Positions 1 to 32,535 of a stretch of 64,000 bases of DNA are shown here, piece after piece. Position numbers and translations under genes: made by a program. Within the stretch, counting starts at the first letter, position 1. Each line of letters starts with the position of its first letter. The DNA lies in NCBI GenBank assembly GCA_012295275.1, contig CM022679.1, positions 24,862,001-24,926,000 on the forward strand. Reading direction: 5' to 3'. The notes under the pieces were generated by a model that saw nothing but the letters and a program-made list of their open reading frames with translations, did not search any database and had not been told where the DNA came from. The DNA is from Chrysomallon squamiferum. Lineage: Eukaryota; Animalia; Mollusca.

Positions 1-213
1 ACAAAATTAAGAAAAAAAAATATATATAATATAAAAATTTATAAATAAATAAATAAATAAATAAACAAAAATTAAGAAAACAATATTGTTTCACATTTTA
101 GAAAGGACATTTATTATACTAGCTGAGAGCTGAATGTATTACAATAAATATACTTTTCTTCACAAGAAGAATATTTTTTCTTTGTTTTTATATGAAACTA
201 ATTTTAAACATAC

Positions 214-1061
214 CTTTTGTACATTGTCAACTCCAAGACGTTTCAGCATCTTTTGAGCCTAAAAAATTAAAAAAAATTAAATTAAAATAATTTATTTTTT
301 AAAATTGTTTCACATTATTTTTATTCCTATATTTTACATATCATGCCTCTTTGTTTTATGCATATTTTAACATCAATATTTTTAAATTAGATCTTGCAAC
401 TGCTAGAACTTAATCAGTTAATATGTTACTTTTATTCTTTATTTTTTAATACTATTATTTTTTTTTAATTATTATTATTTTTTTGTCATCAGTATTTAGT
501 TTTTCCTAAGTATAAATTACTGAAGTGGAAAATGAAATTTTGATAAACAATTTACAAGTAATTAAATGTCCATAAATCAAAATTACTGAAGTGGAAAATG
601 AAATTTTGATAAACAATTTACAAGTAATTAAACGTCCATAAATCAAAATTAATTAAATCATGTGTTCTGTCAGCCATAAATTAATATAAATAAATATATA
701 TTAATCTAATGCATGTCTATATTTATGAAAACACTCTTTATTATATAGTAAGACATACATACATACATAAATACATATATTTTTATGGTACTGAACATTT
801 TTAAACATTGCTATAAACTATACATGTATAACAAATGCAAGGATGACATGATTATTTACAAATGTTTGCTACATGTTTACTGTAGATTACAAAAACAACT
901 TTCTATTTCCAGTGAATGTGTCACCTTCTTTAAATATTACAATAAGTAGTAATAATAATTTAAAATAATTTATAAAGGTGTAGCAGTAACTGAAATCGGT
1001 TGGTAGCAAATATTTGCTTTCTGCACTATTGATAATTATATTCTAATGCAGCAAGCTGTGT

Positions 1062-1111
<50 letters not shown>

Positions 1112-2134
1112 TCATATGCAAAACACAGACTTTCACACATACTGACCATTATTTATACAGGTACACATAGACCCAGAAGACAATGTATACACAAATATAT
1201 TTGGTTATAATTTAAATCATTATAATTTGTAAAATTACATAACTGATTTATAACAGTTTATATTTTAAAAAAATTATTTAAATTAATTAGTCCTTTCTAC
1301 TTAACAATAATAAAATATTTTTCTTGTTTTGTTTATTATATTTTGTATTTATAAATTATATTTCTATTTATGAATTTTATTCCTGTAGATACAACAGAAT
1401 GTTGAAAAATATGTTTAAAATCGGTATTTTTATGTCTTCAGTTTAAACTAAAATTGAAAATGTTGCTAATCCTATTCATATGTTGCTTAAAGAAAAAAAA
1501 AAAAAAAAAAAAACCTAATAAAAGTATCTTTTCAGACTTAAGATATTCAAATTAAAAAAAAATAAGACGATGTTGATATAAATTACACATGCACGCACAC
1601 ACGTATTATAAAGAAAAATATTTCCTCGTGACGTAAATTAATACGAGTATCAGTACTATCATTATTGGCATATCTCAGTACTGAGTATGATTATCTGTAT
1701 CGTAATAGTTGCATCAGGAAATTATGAATGAAATATTAGTTGTCTGTTTTTTTACTCTTGATATTTTATTATTTCATATTACTTTTTAATTTTTTTTTTT
1801 AAATTATTTATTTTTTTAATAAACTGATTAAATTAAATCAAAATAGATAATATTATAAAATACAAACTCGTTCTCTAGACTGCTTTTTCTCTTTCTGCGT
1901 GGGATCCATAGCGTTCATTAGGTAACGAACTCCAAAGTATGTGACAGTAAACGATGCTGCCAATCCTATTAAAGTTGATATAATTTTTGCCAACAATTCA
2001 TTTTTGGCAGAGGTATTTTCGGGAATATCACTTGACCCTTTCATCATGCCTTCTGCTGCAGCTTTCAACATTTTTACCGATTTCGTAAAATCACGTTGTA
2101 CAGAACGAAACACGGAAGTTTGCGTATTTTCCAT
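214..2134 (-). CDS. ATAD1: ATAD1/Msp1 outer-mitochondrial-membrane AAA+ ATPase, first two coding exons (1868-2134, 214-258); remainder lies left of the window
   Basis: Exon 1 ends in a TM segment followed by VTYFGVRYLMNAMDPTQKEKKQSRER|gt; exon 2 reads ag|AQKMLKRLGVDNVQK|gt in phase 0. This matches the recalled ATAD1 N-terminus (VTYFTIKWMVDAIDPTRKQKVEAQKQAEKLMKQIGVKNVK). The AAA domain is not in the window. Confidence 0.85.
514..650. repeat. 66-bp direct tandem duplication in ATAD1 intron
   Basis: AAATTACTGAAGTGGAAAATGAAATTTTGATAAACAATTTACAAGTAATTAAA(T/C)GTCCATAAATC occurs at 514 and 580, near identical. Confidence 0.9.
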
Positions 2135-3376
2135 ATTTTAATTAAAAAGTGTACAAAATGGTAAAACGAAAAAACAGTTTCATTAGTTTAATTACGGTTA
2201 TACGTTTATTCCATAAATAAATTACTAATTTAGTAAGATAATATTATTATAACTTCTATAAATTAATACCAGTAACGTCTGTCCTGACTTGCTATAATTA
2301 TTAAACTTCCTACACTTCTTTTCCCATCAACTTTCATGTTGCAGATTTTTAACTTTGTAGATTACGAAACAAGTCGAAAAATAATTACACGGAAAAAAGC
2401 ATTCGTGAAATGTCGGTTGTTTTCGTAATTTATTCTTGAATACATACAATAAAATATAGTTTTTATAGTTTGGGATTATTTTCCAAGGAGCGACATTCAT
2501 TCGGATTATTACTGATAGACAGTAATTTGCCTCTTGGAAAGATATAGTTTATTTTCTTCAGCTCAAAGAGGAAAACACACAAAACAACTTCATTCAAAAA
2601 CAACATTACTAAAAGACCCATTTCCTTCAAATCCACTTTATTGATATGTTACTTTATGTATACTATTTATGTTTTTGAAATGTTCAAGCTAGTTTATCAG
2701 TTATTTTCGACAATTTCTGAAATGTGACATTTATTTTTACAACGATTTTAACTTGTTCACCATTATGTTTATATTTATTTTAATATGTTTATGTCCATGT
2801 CTTTTTATATTTTAATCAGTTTACACTGTAACCCTTTAACATACTTAAGGTGCTATATAAATATGGTATAATAATAATAATAACAACAACAACAACAAGA
2901 ACATGCACAATTTTTATTTTATTTTTGTAACGTGTCCTGTCAGAAATTAGTGAATATTTGTAAGGTCTACCATAATATATATCTATATATCTATATCTAT
3001 CTATCTATCTACCTATCTATCAATCTATCTATCTATCTATCTATATATATCCGTGAATTTTTTTCTTTGAACCTCAGTTGATATAAATGTTTTTACTTTT
3101 AGGGTCCTGGTATTTTCATTTATTTATTTACTTTAATATTTTATAAAATTATTTGTATTTATTCTGATCTATATTTTGGAATTATCTAGTTCTATTAATA
3201 CCCCATTCTTATCCCCACAAGTACATTTAAAGTTTATATAATAATTGTAGTTTTTTGCCACTGTACTATTTTAAAGTGCAGAGAGAGAGAGAAAAAAATA
3301 TATATATATATAAATTGGGAAATAACGATAAAAAAAATATAATAATAAAAAAAAAATTAAAAAAATCGAAAACTGC

Positions 3377-3496
3377 ATGTCTACAGCACTCGGTGTTCCC
3401 AGGCGGTCACCCATCCAAGTACTAACCGAGCCCTACGTTGCTTAACTTCGGTGATCGGACGAGAACCGGTGCTTTCAACGTGGTATGGCCGTAGAC
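3377..3496 (-). rRNA. 5S rRNA gene, full length
   Basis: Reverse complement reads GTCTACGGCCATACCACGTTGAAAGCACCGGTTCTCGTCCGATCACCGAAGTTAAGCAACG...GTTAGTACTTGGATGGGTGACCGCCTGGGAACACCGAGTGCTGTAGACAT. The 5'/3' ends pair, boxes A and C are intact, and TTTT runs (Pol III terminator) follow. Confidence 0.97.
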
Positions 3497-3736
3497 AACA
3501 AGATGTTGAAAATAATCGTATACAAACATAATAATTTAATGCAGTTCGACATAGCGGGAAAATATAATTTCAATATATTTTTCTTATTATAATGTTGTTT
3601 TTTCTATTCTAATTTCATCGGTATTGTGAAATAAAATTAATAAGCTCCTGTGTAATCACGTGATCGAACTCCCCTTCTATGTCATCGCGCTCCGTAACTT
3701 TCAGCGAGAGAATGCTAATAGTGCCAGACAGACACA

Positions 3737-3890
3737 AATGGCAATTCAGCAAGAACTTTCCAACGAACTAGAATCGATCAGGGAATGGATAATTGATAAT
3801 AAATTGTCTTTCCACCTTAGAAATACTGAGGCAATATCTTGACAAGTCCGATGCCGGACGAAGATTAAATACGTAGGTGTCTTAATTCAA
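3737..3890 (+). mobile_element. Fragment of LINE (CR1/L2-like) reverse transcriptase C-terminal region
   Basis: IQQELSNELESIREWIIDNKLSFHLRNTEAI resembles the L..eL..i..W...NkLsL...KT motif that follows the YADD box. A downstream IKYVGV resembles the KYLGV motif. Confidence 0.65.
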
Positions 3891-4404
3891 AATTAAACCT
3901 TCCTCATATACTATATGCTATATTATATAAAATATAGTATATGCAGAGCAGATCCAGTGTAAAATCTCTTCAGATACCTCGAGTTAAATCTTTAGGTAAA
4001 ATAACTTTTAATTATACAGAAATATTGGCTTGGTAAGAAATACCAACTGAAGTTAAGTTTTAATAAGCAAGCTTCATTTTAAAAAAAAGGTGTAAACTAT
4101 TGTAATTTAACAATTTTAATTACCAGGAAGGAAGTTCTTGCATTCTATATTTGTCACAAACTATATTTTGTCTTTTGAATTATGTCTAGTCCACCATCTA
4201 CCATACATATCTGTTAAGCTTATCCTCATTATCATAATGAAAATAAGTGTTTTCACTTTCTTCTGGTTGTGTTTTTTAATTGTTTTGTGTAATTACATTA
4301 TTTTACATTATAAATAGTAAACGGATTGAAAATTGGAAAATGAATTAAAACCAAAATATTAAATCTATGTTGTTAATTTAATGTTATTGCTGAGAGTCCA
4401 GCCA

Positions 4405-4470
4405 ACTCAGGCATTCACTTGTTCAGTTACTAATGAAGCCTTGCTTCTTAATTTTGGTGATCAGACAAGT
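4405..4470 (-). pseudogene. Decayed partial 5S rRNA copy (or 5S-derived SINE head)
   Basis: ctcaggcattcacttgttcagttactaatgaagccttgcttcttaattttggtgatcagacaag aligns to the 5S gene segment cccaggcggtcacccatccaagtactaaccgagccctacgttgcttaacttcggtgatcggacgag in the same orientation. Confidence 0.7.
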
Positions 4471-4473
4471 TCT

Positions 4474-4511
<38 letters not shown>

Positions 4512-6461
4512 CCGTTCAGTATTTTATATAGTTCATTTTAGATACAAATATTTGTAAGCACTCACTGGTAATTATTAGTTTGATTATCGTCTGGCAGAGT
4601 ACAGCTGAGATGGACATCATCCAGTGGGTATGTTCAAATTGTCTTCACTTTCCTCAAAGACATTTGCCATTTTTTTTCATACATTTGATTACAACATAGA
4701 ACATCAGATACTGTTCTGTATGTATAATTACTTCACAGAAATCCACAGTAATGTAAGAACAATAACAAAGTACTAAAATGATGTGTTAAGTGGGTTTTGT
4801 GGAAATGAAAAAATTGAACCGCAGCTTTGCTAGAAAAATATTTGGTAACGCCAATAATATATATTAATTTAATTTGCATATGTTTGAAAATGACATCTAC
4901 TTGCCACAAAATAATAACAACAAGATGAAAATATATTTTTGTTTAATATATGCATTTTTCAAAACAAAAATATATATGTGTGTGTGTGTATATATATATA
5001 TATAATATATGTATTTTGTTATAAATAGTGCATTGTAAACAAAAGCAATAACCTAAAATACATTATCAAAATCATGGAAATATATTTAATATATTTCACA
5101 TATGAATATTGTCTTAGCCTCATTTGTAATAAAAATATTAAAATATCTCTAAATATAATTGTTTTCCTTTCACTGATCCAAAGCTGTTAGTTCTAATGCA
5201 AATTAAGGTAAACATAATTTATTTGTGACATCTTTAATGATTTGTTCATCATGAAATAATAAATGAGGAAAAAAGAATAAAAGTAAATTTAGCAGTAATA
5301 GCCACATATGTAGGAATATATTTAGATTTTTGTTGTAATATTTATTTTTATTTTATTTTCTCTTACTTATTTTTTTTAAAAAGCTTTCTAATTTTTTGAT
5401 CTGATTGGTCATAATTTTTATTCAATTAGGAGTAAAAAAAGAAGAAAAGGTTTCTGAGTAATAATTGTAATGTGGGTAAATATTTAAACAGTTTATTTGG
5501 TTTTCCAAATCATTTTATAATCTTATTTCAAACTTTTCTTGGCTATGATTTTCTCTATGGAGGTACATTGTATAAAACCCCATGTTAACTAGATGATTTT
5601 ATAAATACAAATAAATGTGTGTGTATATATATATATATACACACAAACACATTCACACATTCTCAGTAAAGTTTAATCATAAGAAGGATGTATTTGTCTT
5701 ACAACTGGCAGTTCACATGTTGACAAAACGTATCAAAGATCAAAACAGTGTGGTTCCAAATAAAATTTTTCGGAAATCGTCTTTTTAAAAAAATTATTTT
5801 TACTTGTTTTCTGAGGCAATGCCACTGATTCATGCTGTTAAGCAGATGACCATAACATGACTATTGCTGAATGTTTTACACCTGATCCAGAACATTCTTT
5901 TCACTGCAGTCATTTTTAGTGATGCAGAAAATACACCTGTAACCTATTATTAATGTATATTCTGCGTTACGACTATCTCACCAAATAATACTGAATTGTT
6001 TCTGAATATGATTAACCTTTTCTGGTTTATAAATCTGCCAAATTTTGCATTCGAAGTATTGGATAGGTTGACACTAATGAATTAAATGGAATAAAATCTG
6101 ATTTAAATATTTTGATAAATGTTAATTATTATTTTTTGCCTTTTTAATGTGAAATTAAAAAAATAATGGCATTTTAGTCAAATTACATGCATATATGTAT
6201 TTATAAATATTTGTATATTATGCTGTTTTAATTAAAGTTAAATGTGTGTTTGTGTGTTTATAGTTGACAACTTACAATTCTACCATAGTAATGTTATGCT
6301 TTATAGTTTTTATTTATGAACATACTTGAATAATATCAGTCAGCTATGATCATAATAACTATAATACCAGTGTATGCTTACATGATGCACTGAAATGTGT
6401 GCTAGTTTCAAAACAAAGTATTTCTCATCTAATTGCTATTTGTTTGTACTAATAGCAGTAT

Positions 6462-7074
6462 GTTTCTAACCATTTAAATATAAAGAACTAGACTGAAGTT
6501 GCTGATGAATAATGTCAAATATTTCTATAATTGTCCAAATATATAGATCAGTCAGATGTTGCTGATACCAGTATGTCAAATATTTTTATGATCATCTAAA
6601 TACAAAGATGTTCTGAAATGTGTAATTTCAAATATTTCTGTAATTATCTAAATATAAAGAATCAGTCAGGTGTTATTGATATGAATAATGTTGAATGTTT
6701 TCATAATCATCAAAATACATAACGAATCATTTGTTGCTGATATGAATAAGGTCAAATTTTTCTATAATCATCTAAATATAATGAATCAGATATGCTGCTA
6801 TCAATAAATCAAATATTTCTAAATATAAAGAATCAGACTGAAGTTTCTGGTAATATCAGTAATGTCAATTATTTCTCTAATTTAAATATAAAAAAATCAG
6901 ATATTATTGTTATGAGTAATATCAAATATTTTCATAATAATCTAAATAATAAATATTGTTGTCAATATGAATAAGTTCAAGTTTTTCTCTAATCATCTAA
7001 ATATAAAGAATCAGATTCAAATTGCTGATAATATCAGTAACGACAAATTCAGCCAGTTCACTAAATATTGCAGA

Positions 7075-7100
<26 letters not shown>
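6462..7100. repeat. Degenerate ~60-65-bp minisatellite (about 9-10 units) in the 3' UTR region of the AOX-like gene
   Basis: Recurrent tttctataatcatctaaatataaagaatcag...gttgctgata..aataatgtcaaata units. Confidence 0.8.
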
Positions 7101-27483
<20,383 letters not shown>

Positions 27484-28120
27484 AATACTCGCTGTCAAGC
27501 CAAACCTAGTAAAAGATGTTTTGATTTGGTGGCTAACCTTGAACTGCAAATGAACGTTTTGTGATAAAAACACGAGGTGATAGAGCCAGTATATCGCTGT
27601 AGTGAGTGAAATCTGTACAAATGTTTACTAAACGTTCAGTCAGATGTCTCGCTATACCACGTTCTAATAATAGAAAGTAACCAAGCGAGTGAAAACCCGC
27701 CGAGTATGCTACATTTATTTACTATTTACACCAAGGCCTTGACCACTATTTGTGCCTACATCTGCTGATAAAATTTATTATAAAAATGTTAATACAAATC
27801 AACAAGCTAGCTTATTTGTTTTGTTTTCAGTTATACAGGTCATTCAAAAATCCCTCTTCAAGAATTCCTCTCCAACTCCGGTCAGCATCTCCCTTGTAAC
27901 AAGATTGCAGGCATGTACACATGTGTATGAAAGAGAATGTGCATCATAGCGAATGGATATGTTTGTTTCTAGAGAGAAGGTGTATAAGTGTGTGTATGTG
28001 TTCGAGAGATTTGGTATGTATGCGAATGTGAAATGAAAATTGGGTACATAGCTAGCTGTGCATGCGTTTGCTAAAGAAAGTGTATGCCCGTGCAGTGCAT
28101 TACATACACAATAGGTGGTA

Positions 28121-28456
28121 CAGGTTCCGGACCAATTATCCGGCGTCCTGAAATCCGGAAAGACCAGGAAGCCGGATGTTTTATCCCGACGCTATTTTCA
28201 TAGCTCGCGCGCGCGGGTGTTGTCCTCACCAGATCGGAACTACTCTTTCAAGCCGCGTAGCTTTCATTCACTCGCCGCATTGTTTACCTGTCGAGTCGCC
28301 ACAGTTGTGTGTATCGTCAATTCTTTGTGTTTTTAATTTTAAAATGTTTATGCCTAATTATTTACGTATTTAGATGCTTTGGTACCATAAAACTGAAAAA
28401 TGCAGAAATCCGGAATGCCACAGGCCCCAAGGAGTCCGTATAATTTGTCCGGTATG
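28121..28456. mobile_element. Non-autonomous pogo/Tigger-like DNA transposon (MITE) between the divergent AOX and PRIMPOL starts
   Basis: Left end TA|CAGGTTCCGGACCAATTATCCGG; reverse complement of the right end TA|CATACCGGACAAATTATACGG (imperfect TIRs, TA target duplication). Subterminal AAATCCGGAA repeats and a GGCCCCAAGG motif resemble recalled Tigger4/MER46-type ends. It is a GC-rich island in AT-rich DNA. Confidence 0.7.
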
Positions 28457-28663
28457 TATGTCAAAGCGTATATTCACGAAAATGAGAGAGATGGCTGGTA
28501 TGTAGAGTTGTGGCTGAGAGATGTATGCTACACTGATGGCTAGGTTTGTGTGTATTTTTATCAGAAATAGAACGTTTGTGAGTTGATATGTGAATGTGAA
28601 GTCAGTTACTGAGACAATAGTTAAAAGTGATTATGATAGAAAATGTATTTGATGTCGCTATAG

Positions 28664-28715
<52 letters not shown>

Positions 28716-28861
28716 GAAAACCTAATATTTGCTCGAACGTGTAGATTATTTTATTTACTTATTTATGAAATAATAAGAAACACTGATGGTTTTGTGAAAG
28801 GAAAATTCAGTCATAACCTCAACTGGTTCTGCCGTAATCATAACTGTTTGTTGGAAGGTAA

Positions 28862-28892
<31 letters not shown>

Positions 28893-28907
28893 TTTTTACT
28901 GAAACTT

Positions 28908-28949
<42 letters not shown>

Positions 28950-29280
28950 GATTTATTTTATTGTGATTAACCATCTAAACCTACGTCCAAATTATTCATA
29001 TTTTTTTTTTACAAATTCTAATTGGTAGATTAAATAATATATATTTTAATGATATTTTGGCATTGTCGTTACATGTTTAGCAGCCTTAGTAAGAAAAAAA
29101 TTAATTAAATAAGAACAATATAATTATATAAAAGTTTAATTAAATAATTAATTTCTGAAAAGCGTAAATAATATACTATTCATTTTATTTTTTTTATTTC
29201 GTTATTATGAAATAAATAAACTCATTAATAAGTTTTATCAGTGTTCAGTTTTTATTATTTTAATATTGAAATTTGGTGCT

Positions 29281-29357
29281 TGCGGAAGGGGGTAATTTTC
29301 TTTAAAATTAAGGAAGAAAATCCAACGGAAGAAGATCATATGGCGGTAAATTCGTAA
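29281..29357 (+). promoter_or_regulatory. Putative PRIMPOL core promoter/5' leader with ETS-like CGGAAG sites and a YY1-like ATGGCG that also opens a 5-codon uORF (MAVNS*)
   Basis: CGGAAG at 29283 and 29326; ATGGCGGTAAATTCGTAA at 29340-29357, ending 19 nt before the proposed PRIMPOL ATG. Short motifs only. Confidence 0.35.
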
Positions 29358-29376
29358 GCGATCTCATAAGTGGAGA

Positions 29377-32300
29377 ATGTTTGAATCGACCAGCTTCTAT
29401 GGATCAAAATACTTAAAGTTATTATCGTCATATTTTCAATGATGTATCTCCATATATTGAGTAATGGGTATTCTGTTTAATGGGAAGATAGTTCTGTCTA
29501 GGCTCCAAGCTAGTCACTATAAATTAATTTGTAAACAACTGATCTAATGACTAATGTGGTTAATTTAACAGTAATTTAAATAACAAAATTAAAAAATTTT
29601 ATTAATTTTTTTTTTTTATACTGTTGTTACACTGCTTGTAAGAATGAGTTGATGTTTTAATTATTCTATATTAAAAGGCGAAGACATGAAATGATTACTC
29701 ATGCTGTGGAGAAAAGAGTTAAAGAATATGTGGAGCACAAACTTCCAAAACAGTTTAAACCTAGGTGTGTATGCAGTATCGTAATTATTGTATAAAAAAA
29801 GCTGAAACAAAATAAAAATATATATATCTGACATAAAATAAAAATAAATTAAATTTTAAAAAAAACATTAAAAAAAAAAAACACGACTTTTTGACATCTT
29901 GATAATTATATATTTTATTCTACATAATCCAAAATCTGTAATTTTGGCTGTCAATGTTATACCAAAATAAACTATTCCAATTAGTTCAAGCTTGCAGATT
30001 TTGAGATTTGGGGCTTGGTTAAAAATACATTTATTTTTTAAATATGAAAAAAAAAAAAATAATAATAATAATGAAAGAAGAAATAAAAAATGGGTTTTGA
30101 AAATTCATTGTATTATGTTTCACAGTAAATAATTAAGGAAAATCTGCTGCTTTGTTAAAAATTCTGAAAATGTATACATTTTATTTCAGCATTACTGGGC
30201 CATCATTACTCAGGAAAACATTTTTTCGTCAGCAAGAAGCATTTGAATATGCACGAAGCAAAGCAAAAGTAAAAATATGATTATCATGATAATAAATTCA
30301 CAAGAATACTCAGCTACTACATTAAAGTATCTTATTGCTTTCTGAAGAAATATTTTTGTAAATATGTTAAATTAAAGTTATTCGAGGGATTCATAGACCA
30401 GATATGCATCTTCTGTTCACACAGGACATCCTAATTTGGTCTGAGCTTTATTTGTATTCTAAGAGCAATTTTAAACCAGTCAGTGGTTTATAATTAAGTA
30501 TATTTTATAAAATGTTTACAGTATAATCATAAATATAAATTAGATGATTTTTTTATGCGTTTCATGAACTTTTTTGTTATGTATAAACTTTTGGAGGTTA
30601 ATTTTCTTCTGTAGAATTTCTAAATACATATATACTATATAATATAAGGATTTACAATTTGTACATAATAAATAAGCCTTCATGTTTTTAAATGAGTGAA
30701 ACATTTAAACAAACAGTCAGTACAATAAATAAAATTTAAAAACAAAATAATAATAAATAGATAAATAATGTAAAATCATGCTTATGTTTACTGTTGTAAC
30801 AGATAGTGGTAGATTAGTTGTGCTAAATATTGTACATGAGTTAATATGAAGTGTTCCCTATTAATAGTTATTCAGTCCCATGTTAGAATTAGTATTATTG
30901 TGGAAATTAATTGTTTGAATAATCACTTGTAATCATAAAACAGAGTATATGAGTTTAGCTGTCTTTAATTACTTCTTTTTTTATATATGCTGTCTGGTAC
31001 AAATAAGTTAATAGTTTATTATGGAGCAAATGAATTTCACTGACATTCATAATTTATCAACTTAAAGATAATGTTTAAAAGCAAAATGTGAAACTATTTA
31101 CAATTCCTTTAATGTTATGGTAATTTGTTAATTTTGATGCCTTCTTGCAGGATCTTTGTGTGTTTGCCTTTGAGAGTGAAACTTTGGGAGAGGAAAAGGG
31201 GCAGAGGATGTACCTAGTGTGTAGTTTACCTGTATTCTGGCATTACTACAGGTAATATAAGTAACATACAGGTAATAAATGCATGTTTTATAGATACACA
31301 TTAAATAATCACACTGCGTGATAGGTAATATCAGTATTAACAGATATAATTTAAAAAATGTATTATTTGATTTCTAAGGTGATTACTGGTATATCATTTA
31401 AAAGAATAATCACTGATCATTATTCATGTAAAACTATTAATTTTTGTTTGTGTATGGGGAAAGACACTTAAAATATACTTTGCTGTTGATTACTGATTAA
31501 TTAGGTAATGGATTCCTTCCTAGTAACAGCTACAGGTTTCCTCTCTTCGATTTTTCATCAACATGTTTTTAACCTTATGATTTTTAACTTTACATCTGTT
31601 GAGGTGTCACTACAAATATTCATTCTATTTACAAACATGTCAAGGGATAAAATCTTTACCATTTGCTTTTTTTTGTTTTTTTACTACTTTTTTAATATAT
31701 TATTTTCTTTTCCAGTCAGTTAAAAGAAAGTCAAAGACACCATTATGAGGTGATTCCAGAAGGTAAATAATTTTATTGTTAATCTGCCTTAACTAATTAT
31801 TAACTGTTAGGTATGTGCAGCCATGAAAAATACTTTACAAAAATGTGCAATAGAATCCACATTGTATTTTAATTTGTAAGATACTATTTTATTTTTATTT
31901 TTTTAATAGAGCAAATGTATTTTCAATAAATATCATTACAAAAATTTGATCTACATTTAATTTAAAATAATTATAATAATAATAATAAAACGAATCTTCT
32001 TTAGGAAAAAGATAAATTTTATGGTGGAGTTGTTTTACTGAAGCATTACAAAATATCCACTAGCTGCAAATTAGGTCAGGACAAATGTTCAGAAATTTAA
32101 TGCTGTCAAATAATATCAAATTTAAAAAGACAGATCATTTTATTATTATTTTAATCTTTAGAATCAAAGGTTTATATTCTCTTAATGAGTTTCAGGATAA
32201 ATATTTTCTAATGTTTTAGCAGAAAACCTTGATTATATCTATGCATAAATCTTGATATGAAATGGTGTGGGAAAAAAATAATTGCGACTGCTGATTAATT

Positions 32301-32498
32301 ACTATTATCAGGAGCGGTGTGCAAGCTTTATTTTGATCTTGAGTTTGACATAGAGAAGAACACACAAAGTAATGGGGATGAAATGGTTGATACATTAATC
32401 AAGGTATGCACACAGTAACAAGTCCCAGAATATTTTTTTATTCCGGGTATTTTTAAGGCACAATTTATTAATTATTAATAATGTATTAAATAATACAA

Positions 32499-32535
<37 letters not shown>

